Origin: an uncultured candidatus Porisulfidus sp.
GTDB taxonomy: Bacteria > Pseudomonadota > Gammaproteobacteria > Poriferisulfidales > Poriferisulfidaceae
Reading direction: 5' to 3'
Length of the DNA: 64,000 nt
Assembly: GCA_965116025.1 (NCBI GenBank)
Contig: OZ220480.1
Location: forward strand, 832,001-896,000
The notes under the pieces are model-generated. The model searched no databases and was not told the origin of the DNA. It saw nothing but the letters and a program-made list of their open reading frames with translations. The stretch's first letter is position 1. Each line of letters begins with the position of its first letter. The position numbers were made by a program, and so were the translations under genes. This document shows, in pieces, positions 9,652-18,662 of this stretch.

Positions 9652-10613
9652 GCGCGTCTCCAGATTCCTCCATCGCCCAAGGGTGGGGGCCGGATCTGGA
9701 GGCCGCGCTGCCGGCCCGCCAGCCCTGCGCGGTCACGGTCGGAAACTACGACGGAATGCATCTGGGGCATCAGTCGGTGCTGCGGCGGCTCCTGGACGCC
9801 GCGGCCGCCCGCGGGCTGAAATCCGTGCTGCTGACTCTGGAGCCCTCGCCCCAGGAATTCTTCCGGGGCGCGGAAAGCGCCCCGCGAATCGGATCGCTGG
9901 AGGACAAGAAGCGGTTCGCCGCGCGGATGTTCCCGGTGCTCGACCATTTCGTGGCGCTTCCCTTCGACGCGCGGACCGCCGCCATCGGCGCGCGGGAGTT
10001 CGTCCGGGATCTGTTGGTCGACCGCTTGGGCATGCGCTATCTCACGGTCGGCGAGGACTTCCGATTCGGGCGCGACCGCGCTGGAGATTTCGCGCTCCTT
10101 GAGGAGGAGTCCGCGTCCCTCGGCTTCGATCTCGATGCGGCTCCGATTCTCGAGCTGGATGGAAGCCGGGTTAGCAGCAGCCGAGCGCGCGCGGCGCTCG
10201 CCGCTGGCGACGTGCGGGAGGCGGAGCGCCTGCTTGGGCATCCGTTCGAGATTCGCGCCGAGGTCGTGGAGGGAGACCGGCGCGGGCGCGAGATCGGCTT
10301 TCCTACCGCCAACCTTTCTTTCCCGCACAACCCTCCGATTCGTGGCGTGTTCCCGGTGACCGTCGAGCTCGCGGATGGGCGCTTCCGGGGGGTCGCCAAC
10401 GTGGGCACGCGCCCGACCGTGGATGGCGCGAGACTGGTGATCGAGGCGCACCTGCTAGACTTCGCCGGAGATCTGTACGGTCAACGGATGACCGCGCGCT
10501 TCCACCCGCGCCTGCGCGCCGAGCGCCGCTTCGACTCGGTGGATCGCTTGCGCGAGCGGATCAAGCGCGATATCGCCGCCGCCCGAGAGTTTTTCGCTGA
10601 TGGCCCCGCCTAA
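9648..10613 (+). CDS. ribF: bifunctional riboflavin kinase / FAD synthetase
   Basis: GNYDGMHLGHQ, GEDFRFG, SSS, GFPTAN and GTRPT motifs; GTG overlaps the murJ stop. Confidence 0.95.
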   Translation: MSASPDSSIAQGWGPDLEAALPARQPCAVTVGNYDGMHLGHQSVLRRLLDAAAARGLKSVLLTLEPSPQEFFRGAESAPRIGSLEDKKRFAARMFPVLDHFVALPFDARTAAIGAREFVRDLLVDRLGMRYLTVGEDFRFGRDRAGDFALLEEESASLGFDLDAAPILELDGSRVSSSRARAALAAGDVREAERLLGHPFEIRAEVVEGDRRGREIGFPTANLSFPHNPPIRGVFPVTVELADGRFRGVANVGTRPTVDGARLVIEAHLLDFAGDLYGQRMTARFHPRLRAERRFDSVDRLRERIKRDIAAAREFFADGPA

Positions 10614-13407
10614 TCCCTACCGCGACACCCTGAACCTGCCGCGCACCGACTTCCCGATGCGCGGGAACCTCGCCGCGCGCGAGCCCGAGCGCCTGCGTCG
10701 ATGGCAGGAAATGGACCTCTATGGCCGCTTGCGCGCCGCCCGCCGGGGCCGACAACGCTTCCTCCTGCACGATGGCCCGCCGTACGCCAACGGCAAGCTG
10801 CACATGGGCCACGCGGTGAACAAGACCCTGAAAGATATCGTGACGCGCGCGCGAAGCCTGGACGGCATGGACGCTCCGTACCGGCCGGGCTGGGACTGTC
10901 ACGGACTTCCGATCGAGTTGCGGATCGAGAAGACTTTGCCGGCCGAAGAGCGCCGGGACGGCCGAAAGTTCCGCCGCGCCTGCCGAGCCTACGCGGCCCG
11001 GCAGGTGGACGAGCAACGTCAGGACTTCATGCGCTTGGGCGCGCTGGGGCAGTGGGACGATCCCTATCTGACCATGGACCCCGGGACCGAGGCTGGGATC
11101 GCGCGGGCGCTGGGCGCGTTGCTGGAGGCCGGCTATCTGTCGCGCGGGTCCAAGCCCGTGTACTGGTGCGCGGACTGCAAGTCGGCGCTGGCCGAGGCCG
11201 AGGTCGAGTACAAGGATCGCGTCTCGCCGGCGATCTACGTTCGCTTCGACGCCACGGACGCGGGCCTGGCGCGGACCTTCGGTCTCGCGGACGATTCCGA
11301 GATCGCCGTGGCGATCTGGACCACCACACCCTGGACCCTCTTGGCGAACGAGGCGGTCTGCCTGCATCCGGAATTCGAGTACGCGCTGGTGGAGCGGGAC
11401 GGATGTCTGTTGCTGGTGGCGGACGCGCTGCGCGAGACGGTCCGCGACCTCATCGGCGCGCGGGACGCGACATCGCCCACCGCGCAGGGAAAGCGGCTGG
11501 AAGGAATTCTCTTGCGGCATCCGTTTCTGGACAAGACCGTGCCGTTGATCACCGGAGAGCATGTCACGGCCGAGGAAGGCACCGGTTGCGTGCATACGGC
11601 GCCGGCGCACGGCCCCGAGGACCACGCGGTCGGGTTGCGGTTCGGGCTTCCGGTGGATTGCCCGGTGGAGGAGGACGGACGCTTCCGCGCGGACGCGCCG
11701 GAAGTCGGCGGACTCAGCGTGGAGGAGGCGAACCCGCGCGTCCTTGACGCGCTGAGGCGGGTCGGGCGGTTGCTGGCGGACGCCAAGCGCGCGCATAGCT
11801 ACCCGCATTGCTGGCGACACCACACGCCGTTGCTGTATCGGACCGCCCCCCAATGGTTCATCCGTATGGACGCGCTCGATTTGCGCGAGCGGGCGCTCGC
11901 CGCCACGGACCGGGTGGAATGGTATCCGGCCTGGGGCCGGGAACGCATCCGAGGGATGCTGGACGGACGCCCGGACTGGTGCGTCAGCCGCCAGCGCGAA
12001 TGGGGGTCGCCCATCCCGTTCTTCTTGCGGCGCGACGACGGCGAGCTCCACCCCGACACTCCCGCCTTGCTTGAGGAGGTCGCCAAGCGGATCGAGCGGG
12101 GCGGCATCGACGCTTGGTTCGATCTGGATCCCGAGGAGTTGCTGGGCGACGAGGCCGCGGAGTACGTGAAATCGCCGGACACCCTGGACGTCTGGTTCGA
12201 CTCCGGGGTGACCCACCGCACCGTGCTGGCCGAGGAGTACGGCGCGGGCGCGCGGGCCGATCTCTACCTGGAGGGCTCGGACCAGCACCGCGGCTGGTTC
12301 CAGTCCTCGTTGCTGACCGCGGTGGCGCTGAACGGCGACCCGCCGTACCGGCAAGCGCTCACGCACGGCTTCGTGGTCGATGCGAACGGCCACAAGATGT
12401 CCAAGTCCCGGGGAAACGTCGTCGAGCCGCAGAAGGTCATCGACCGTCTGGGAGCGGACATTCTGCGCCTTTGGGTGGCCTCGACCGACACCAGCGGCGA
12501 GATGGCGGTGTCGGACGAGATCCTCGGACACACCGCCGAGGCGTATCGCCGGCTCCGCAACACGGCCCGCTACCTGCTGGCGAGCCTGCGCGACTTCGAC
12601 CCGGACGCCGACGCGGTCGCGCCGGCGGACATGCTGGCCTTGGACCAGTGGATTCTGCGAAGGGCCGCGGACCTGGACGCGGCCATCCGGGAGGATTTCC
12701 ACCGCTATCGATTCCATATCATCTGCCAGCGTCTGCATGCGTTCTGCGTGAACGAGCTCGGCGGCTTGTACCTTGACGTCACCAAGGATCGAACCTATAC
12801 GCTCGCGGCCACGCATCCGGCGCGCCGCAGCGCCCAGAGCGCCATGTTCCTGCTGGTCGAGGCGTTGTGCCGCTGGCTCGCGCCGATCTGCCCGTTCACC
12901 GCCGACGAGATCTACGAGCATATCCCCGGAGACCGGGAGGATTCGGTGCATCTGGTCGAATGGCTCGATCTCGACGCGTGCCGGAACGCGCCGTCCGCGA
13001 TATCCGATGAGGAGTGGGAGGTCCTGCTGGAGGTACGTCAGGCGGTCAGCCAGACGCTGGAACCCATGCGCAAGGCGGAAGTGATCGGGGCCGCGCTGGA
13101 TGCCGAGGTGACGCTGGCAGCCGAGCCCGCCACGGCCCGGTTGCTGGAGAGGCTGGGCCCGGAACTGCGGTTTCTGTTCATCACGTCCGCTGCCCACCTC
13201 GGCGACGCCATCGCCCCCGACTCCCGAAACTACCAGTTGCCCCGGGCGGGCTCGTTGCGCGTCCAGGCCATTCCCAGCCCGCGGCCCAAGTGCGTTCGAT
13301 GCTGGCACCACGATTCGAGCGTGGGCAGCGTCGCCGGGCACCCGGACCTGTGCGCGCGGTGTCACGGCAACATAGAGGGGGCGGGCGAGGAACGGCGGTA
13401 TGTCTGA
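10600..13407 (+). CDS. ileS: isoleucine--tRNA ligase (type 1)
   Basis: DGPPYANG-HMGH, WTTTPWTL, KMSKS and a C-terminal CxxC...CxxC zinc finger. Confidence 0.98.
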   Translation: MAPPNPYRDTLNLPRTDFPMRGNLAAREPERLRRWQEMDLYGRLRAARRGRQRFLLHDGPPYANGKLHMGHAVNKTLKDIVTRARSLDGMDAPYRPGWDCHGLPIELRIEKTLPAEERRDGRKFRRACRAYAARQVDEQRQDFMRLGALGQWDDPYLTMDPGTEAGIARALGALLEAGYLSRGSKPVYWCADCKSALAEAEVEYKDRVSPAIYVRFDATDAGLARTFGLADDSEIAVAIWTTTPWTLLANEAVCLHPEFEYALVERDGCLLLVADALRETVRDLIGARDATSPTAQGKRLEGILLRHPFLDKTVPLITGEHVTAEEGTGCVHTAPAHGPEDHAVGLRFGLPVDCPVEEDGRFRADAPEVGGLSVEEANPRVLDALRRVGRLLADAKRAHSYPHCWRHHTPLLYRTAPQWFIRMDALDLRERALAATDRVEWYPAWGRERIRGMLDGRPDWCVSRQREWGSPIPFFLRRDDGELHPDTPALLEEVAKRIERGGIDAWFDLDPEELLGDEAAEYVKSPDTLDVWFDSGVTHRTVLAEEYGAGARADLYLEGSDQHRGWFQSSLLTAVALNGDPPYRQALTHGFVVDANGHKMSKSRGNVVEPQKVIDRLGADILRLWVASTDTSGEMAVSDEILGHTAEAYRRLRNTARYLLASLRDFDPDADAVAPADMLALDQWILRRAADLDAAIREDFHRYRFHIICQRLHAFCVNELGGLYLDVTKDRTYTLAATHPARRSAQSAMFLLVEALCRWLAPICPFTADEIYEHIPGDREDSVHLVEWLDLDACRNAPSAISDEEWEVLLEVRQAVSQTLEPMRKAEVIGAALDAEVTLAAEPATARLLERLGPELRFLFITSAAHLGDAIAPDSRNYQLPRAGSLRVQAIPSPRPKCVRCWHHDSSVGSVAGHPDLCARCHGNIEGAGEERRYV

Positions 13408-13873
13408 TTCCTGGCGCCAGGCGATTCCGGTCGCGGGCGCGACGCTAATTCTCGACCAGCTGAGCAAATTCCTGATCGAGCGCGCCTTCGCGCCGTATCA
13501 GGAGTGGACGCTGCTTCCCTTTCTTTCCCTGCGACTCGCCTACAACACGGGGGCGGCGTTCAGCTTTCTGCATGACGCGGGAGGCTGGCAACGCGGCTTC
13601 CTGTCCGTGGTGAGCGTCGCGATCATGATTTGGCTGGCCACGTGGATCCATCGCCTCGCCCCGTCGGAACGGAGGCTGGCTTGGCCGCTCGCGCTGATCT
13701 TGGGAGGAGCGGCCGGCAACTTGATTGATCGCTTGGTGGCCGGCGCGGTGACGGATTTCATCTCGCTGCACTATCGAGACTGGTATTGGCCGACCTTCAA
13801 TCTGGCGGACGCGGCCATCTCTATCGGGGTCGTCACCCTGATCCTGTTCAGCTTGCGCCGCTCTCCGTCCTGA
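13400..13873 (+). CDS. lspA: lipoprotein signal peptidase
   Basis: NTGAAFS, GNLIDR, VTDF and FNLAD motifs. Confidence 0.96.
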   Translation: MSDSWRQAIPVAGATLILDQLSKFLIERAFAPYQEWTLLPFLSLRLAYNTGAAFSFLHDAGGWQRGFLSVVSVAIMIWLATWIHRLAPSERRLAWPLALILGGAAGNLIDRLVAGAVTDFISLHYRDWYWPTFNLADAAISIGVVTLILFSLRRSPS

Positions 13874-14014
13874 CTCTGGTCCGGGCTCGCGGCTCCGAGC
13901 GGGCTCAAACCGCGCGGCGATATGGACCAAGCGCCGTTCGCCTCGCGCTTGAGTCGTCCCATGCGGATCTTCCGAAGAAAGCCAGCGCGCCGCGCTGATC
14001 AGCAAGAAGGCGAA

Positions 14015-17000
14015 TCAATCTTGAGGCTGGGATTCGGCCCAGCGCTCATATTTCGCGAGGGATAACGTCGCCGCGCATTCCGGGTAATTCACGCAACCGA
14101 AAAAACTGCCATATTTTCCGTGCCGCTCGACCATCCATCCGTCAGAGCATTCAACGCATGCCGGAGCTTCCGCGCCACACGCGCACCGGGTGACGCCGGG
14201 TCTGGATGGATCGCGAAGGGGCAGGTCTACCCCGCATGCCGCGCACGCTGGGAAGCTCGCGCCGCAAAGCTGCTTATGCTCGCAGATGAAGCGGCGGCTT
14301 TTGCTATCCTGAATCAATTGACCGTCGCATCTGGGGCAACGATATTGGCGGTTTCGCGATTCCCCCTCTTCCGTAACACCGTACTCCTCATGTTCCAGAA
14401 GCTCGGTCACGAAGCGCGAGGGCTTTTCTCGGGAAGCGAGAATCGCGACGGAGTCCCGGGCGCGGGTGAGGGCGACGTAGAAGACGCGCCGTTCTTCAGC
14501 GTGCTCAAAGCGCTCGGGTTCGGGGAGCGCGAGCTCCAGCACGGGATCGTCGGTGATCTGGGACGGCAACCCGACGCGTCCGCCGTCCGCGCCAAGGATG
14601 ATCACGTGATCCGCCTCGAGCCCCTTCGCGGAATGGATGGTCTTGAAAGACAGTGAGAGATCCGGATACGCCCTGCCTAGTTCCGCCAGGCGATCTGGGC
14701 GCGACCGGTTGTAGCGGCCGAGCAGGAGAACTTCGGATCGTTCCCCGCTCGCTCGCTCCGCGAGGCGCTCCAGGATTCGCTTCAGGGTCTCTCCTCCGTC
14801 GTTCCTCGATTTCCAGATGATCCGGATCGCGGGATGGTTATCGCTCGCGCGGGTCGCGTCCATCTCTTTCTCGATTTGGGACGGATTTCTCAGAACGAAG
14901 CTCCGGGCGGGGCGCGCGATCCGCTCCACGCTACGGAAGGTCTTTCCGAGATCCACGGATCGGTGAACGCCGCTCTCTCCCGCGAAGGGGCCGCCGAAAA
15001 TCGTTCCGAACTCATTCATCAGACGCACGTCGGATCCCGAGAATCGGTAGATTGACTGCCAGTCGTCTCCCACCGCGAAAACGCGGGCATCCGAATGCCG
15101 TTTCTTGAGCTCCATCAGAAGGCCGGCGCGCCCGCGCGAGATGTCTTGGAACTCGTCCACCAGCAGATGGCGGTAAGGGCTTTCGTAGCGACCCGCCCGG
15201 ATGTGCTCCGTGGCTTTCGTTATCATGTCCTCGAAATCTATGTGACGGCCGAGCTGCCGCTGATACTCCGAGAAGACGGCCTCGAAGATCTCCAGAAACG
15301 CTAGGTCGCGGGGCGAGCGCGCGGGCTCGCTCGCCTTGAGACGGCAATCTCGTAGCGAGAGGCCAGCGTCCTTGAAGTGTCGCAGGAACGCCGCGAGGGT
15401 TTTCGTGAAGGCATCGATTTGCCCCATCTTTTCCAGCCGCTCGAAGACGCTTTCGGGAGAGCGTGGCTCGAATTTCGCGTATGGCGCGATCTTCGCCCGC
15501 AAGCCGGAGATCAGTCGTCCTTCGGATTTCTCGTAGCTGAAGGTCTCGATCAGGATAGTGCCGTGCTTGGCATGCGTTCGACGCTTCCATTTCATGCCCT
15601 TGAGGTATTCCTCCCGGTCGACGAAGGGGGCCGTCGTCAGCCGTTCGCCTCCAGCGCGGCCCCGCTCGCGGCGAACCCCGAAATGCTCGATATAGACGCC
15701 GCTGTCCTTCAGGCGAAAATCCGGCGTGTAGGTCTTTCGGCGCGTGTCGCGAATCTCACGCTTGTACACGGGCTCATATTCGTAATCCACTCCCTGCATG
15801 TAGAGCCAGTTGGCGATCTCGAGCTCTTCGAAACTGCGGACCTTCTCGCCCTGCAGAGTTCGCAGCTCGTTCGCCTCGATGTAGCGGTAATAGTCGTGCT
15901 TCGTCTGGAAGTCGAACTTGCTTTTCGCGGGCGCGAAAAACTCGCTGAACCAGCGCAGGAGCAGATTTTTCAGTTTCTCGTCCTTCCCCGCGCATTCAAG
16001 AAGAATGCCTCGCAGATGGGCATCGAGCGCTTTGGGGTCCTGGGCGTGGTGGGCGAGCGGCGGCGCGGTTCCCTCGACCTCGGCGAGGATCCCGTACGCG
16101 AGCGAGTGAAAGGTCTTGGCCGTGACCGAGCCGCCGCACCGTCGCGTCACTCGTTGGGCCATCTCGTCCGCGGCGTCCTTGGCGAACGTCATGAGCAAAA
16201 TCTCTTCGGGCTTCCGCATGCCTTGCTCTATCAAATAGGCGGCCTTGGCGGTGATGACGCTGGTTTTTCCCGATCCGGCGCCCGCCAGGACGAGAGTCGC
16301 GTCCTCATCGCAAACCACGGCGCGGCGTTGCTCCTGAGTCAAGGAATTCTTCTCGACGCTCTCGAAAAACGGCGCCATGTCCCTCAGTTCGCTCGCGAGG
16401 AAGCGATCCATGGCCTCTTGCCGCAGGCGGGCTGGCGAGCGATGAAAATCGACGAGTCTGGCGAAACTCGTCTTCATCTCCGGCTCAAGCGCGAAATCGG
16501 GAAAACTCTTCGGCACGGACCGAAACAACGTTTCCACCTGTCGCCGGAATGGCTCCATGAGGCAAGCCGCCGGAAATATCCGGGGGCTCTCGAGCTGGTC
16601 GGCGACGAGACAGAGCGATTTGACTTTTTGGGCATGCCGCAAGGTGTTTCGTCGCCATGCCTCGCTCAGCTCTTGGCCGAAAGCCTTGGCCTCGACCGCG
16701 TCCAGTCCCCGAATCCTGAGAACGGATCCGTCCTCTCGAGGCACGTCGATTCTCCCGAAAAGCAGCCCTTTCCTGGATCGGGGGCTTTTGGATATCGCCG
16801 CGAACGGAATCCTGCGCGGGTCGCTCCCCAAGACGGTCAGGCCCTCGCCGTCGACCTCCAGCCCGGTTTTTCGGTTCCCGATCAGCGCATAGAGGACGCT
16901 CGCTATGGTTCCGCGTTGGGCTTTCATCTTCGGAGGGTTTTCCGGGGCTCGCGTCATGGCCGTGCAAGCGTGGGGAAAGATGTCCCCGCGCTTGCCAACG

Positions 17001-17050
17001 ACCGCCGTCCGACGGGCCGTTCCGGGCCTCGAACGAGCGCTCACGGTCAA
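14015..17050 (-). CDS. helicase IV-like UvrD helicase with nuclease-like insert and C-terminal zinc ribbons (true start possibly about 100 nt further in)
   Basis: AGAGSGKT, VDEFQD, VGDDWQSIY, TIHSAKGLEAD and EERRVFYVALTRA motifs; insert YEYE...PDF...IEH; topoisomerase-type GKYGSFFGCVNYPEC. Confidence 0.9.
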   Translation of the reverse strand: MTVSARSRPGTARRTAVVGKRGDIFPHACTAMTRAPENPPKMKAQRGTIASVLYALIGNRKTGLEVDGEGLTVLGSDPRRIPFAAISKSPRSRKGLLFGRIDVPREDGSVLRIRGLDAVEAKAFGQELSEAWRRNTLRHAQKVKSLCLVADQLESPRIFPAACLMEPFRRQVETLFRSVPKSFPDFALEPEMKTSFARLVDFHRSPARLRQEAMDRFLASELRDMAPFFESVEKNSLTQEQRRAVVCDEDATLVLAGAGSGKTSVITAKAAYLIEQGMRKPEEILLMTFAKDAADEMAQRVTRRCGGSVTAKTFHSLAYGILAEVEGTAPPLAHHAQDPKALDAHLRGILLECAGKDEKLKNLLLRWFSEFFAPAKSKFDFQTKHDYYRYIEANELRTLQGEKVRSFEELEIANWLYMQGVDYEYEPVYKREIRDTRRKTYTPDFRLKDSGVYIEHFGVRRERGRAGGERLTTAPFVDREEYLKGMKWKRRTHAKHGTILIETFSYEKSEGRLISGLRAKIAPYAKFEPRSPESVFERLEKMGQIDAFTKTLAAFLRHFKDAGLSLRDCRLKASEPARSPRDLAFLEIFEAVFSEYQRQLGRHIDFEDMITKATEHIRAGRYESPYRHLLVDEFQDISRGRAGLLMELKKRHSDARVFAVGDDWQSIYRFSGSDVRLMNEFGTIFGGPFAGESGVHRSVDLGKTFRSVERIARPARSFVLRNPSQIEKEMDATRASDNHPAIRIIWKSRNDGGETLKRILERLAERASGERSEVLLLGRYNRSRPDRLAELGRAYPDLSLSFKTIHSAKGLEADHVIILGADGGRVGLPSQITDDPVLELALPEPERFEHAEERRVFYVALTRARDSVAILASREKPSRFVTELLEHEEYGVTEEGESRNRQYRCPRCDGQLIQDSKSRRFICEHKQLCGASFPACAACGVDLPLRDPSRPGVTRCACGAEAPACVECSDGWMVERHGKYGSFFGCVNYPECAATLSLAKYERWAESQPQD

Positions 17051-17174
17051 CGATTGTACGTGACGTTGGCCTAGCGCTCACGTGACGCTAGCCGGCTTTG
17101 ATGTAGACTTTGATTTGGAATCCTGAGCGTTTCCTCGCCTGCGGACGCGCTCCGCTTCGGGAGGAGGACAGCCG

Positions 17175-17420
17175 ATGACGAGTATCACGATCCGAAACCT
17201 TGACGATGGCGTGAAGAAACGTCTGCGCGCCCGCGCCGCTAGACGCAATCGTTCAGTGGAGGAAGAGGCGCGCGTGATCCTGCGCGAGGCGGTGAATGGC
17301 AAGAGGGCCGCTCCCCGAGATTTGGCGAAGTTCACGCGGAAGTGCTTCGCGCTTCTCGGGGATGTCGAGCTGGAGCTTCCCCCGCGTGGGCCAATGCGCG
17401 AGCCTCCGGATTTTTCCTGA
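17175..17420 (+). CDS. FitA/StbC-like ribbon-helix-helix antitoxin
   Basis: SITIRNLDD...RAARRNRSVEEEARVIL signature; GGAGGA RBS. Confidence 0.85.
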   Translation: MTSITIRNLDDGVKKRLRARAARRNRSVEEEARVILREAVNGKRAAPRDLAKFTRKCFALLGDVELELPPRGPMREPPDFS

Positions 17421-17450
17421 AAGTCCGCATGCTGACGCGGTGTCTGGCGC

Positions 17451-18350
17451 ATGCGCTCAGCCTTCTTCGATGCGCGCGCGACCTCTCCGTTCCTGGAGAT
17501 GGGAGCTTACGAAGCCCTGTGGTCCGAGCCGACCGCCACGTTCAAATCGCTCGCCAAGCGTTTCGCCAGCCATCCGGGTTGCGTTCCTTCTAACTTCGTC
17601 TCCTTGAACGAAGCGCGTGAATGCGCCGCTTTCGTGAAACGCCGATTCGACGCGGCGGGCGTGAGGAGGTTTGGCGTGCGGGTGTACGGCGCGGGCGAGT
17701 ACCCGGAGATGTTGCGTGACGCGGCCTATCCCGTTGAGGCGTTCTACTACCAAGGCGGGTGGGATCTCGTATACTCTCGGCTGGTTGCCGTCATAGGGAC
17801 TCGAAAACCCTCGCGAGAGGGAGCCTCGCGCGCGCGACGGCTCGTTCGCGCGCTTGTGGCCGACGACTTCACGGTCGTGTCGGGACTCGCCGCGGGGATT
17901 GACCGCGTGGCCCACGAGACCGCTATTGAGGAGCGAGGCCGCACGATCGCGGTGCTTGGCACGCCGCTCTCGCATGTCTACCCCAAAGAGAACGCGAATC
18001 TGCAGCGTCACATCGCCGAGAATTTTCTTCTCATAAGCCAAGTGCCCTTGAAGCGCTACGAGTCCCAAGACTATCGTCATAATCGTGGATTCTTTCCAGA
18101 ACGCAACGTGACTATGTCCGCGTTGACTGAGGCGACGATCATCGTCGAAGCGGAGGAGAAGTCGGGAACGCTCATCCAGGCGCGCGCCGCCCTCCATCAA
18201 GGACGCAAGCTTTTCGTTCTCGACAGTTGCTTTCGCGACTCGCGCTTGACGTGGCCAAGGAAACTCGTCGAGAAAGGAGCCATTCGGGTTAGGGATTACG
18301 ATGATGTTCGCCAGCGGCTTGCCCGAATAAATTCAGACATCTTGATCTGA
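17451..18350 (+). CDS. DprA/Smf (SLOG) family protein, non-canonical accessory type
   Basis: VAVIGTR, VSGLAAGID, FPERN, IIVEA...SGTL motifs; N-terminus unlike housekeeping DprA. Confidence 0.87.
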   Translation: MRSAFFDARATSPFLEMGAYEALWSEPTATFKSLAKRFASHPGCVPSNFVSLNEARECAAFVKRRFDAAGVRRFGVRVYGAGEYPEMLRDAAYPVEAFYYQGGWDLVYSRLVAVIGTRKPSREGASRARRLVRALVADDFTVVSGLAAGIDRVAHETAIEERGRTIAVLGTPLSHVYPKENANLQRHIAENFLLISQVPLKRYESQDYRHNRGFFPERNVTMSALTEATIIVEAEEKSGTLIQARAALHQGRKLFVLDSCFRDSRLTWPRKLVEKGAIRVRDYDDVRQRLARINSDILI

Positions 18351-18662
18351 TAGTCTGATATCGCGAGGGCTGGAGCCCGGAGCTGTTCGCGCGCTTGGCG
18401 CGCTGCGGTGCTACCTGCGTCTCACGTGGCGCGAGAGTTCTCGGGAGGACGACTGGCCGAGTGCCGCGTCGGGTCGCGCGACGGCCTCCGGGTTCGCCAA
18501 TTTCATCCGCATGATCCGCTACCGCGCCGAGACTCGCCATTCCGGAACCGGTCTCCGGTCTGTCTACCGCGTCGTCGACGCGCCGTCCACAGAGGAATAA
18601 AGCGTCATCCCCCTATAATGCATTTAGGTCAGGATGTCTGAAACTTATGATGGCGACAACGA

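Noticed and set aside
10561-13467. 968-aa antisense ORF opposite ileS, and similar long shadow ORFs opposite tkt, the helicase, fba and pcnB
   Set aside because: Stop-poor antisense frames are expected in high-GC coding DNA; they have no motifs and fully overlap well-supported genes.
18351-18641. Remnant of a PRTase partner downstream of DprA
   Set aside because: No PRTase motif (hhhDD..TTG) in the + frames I translated.
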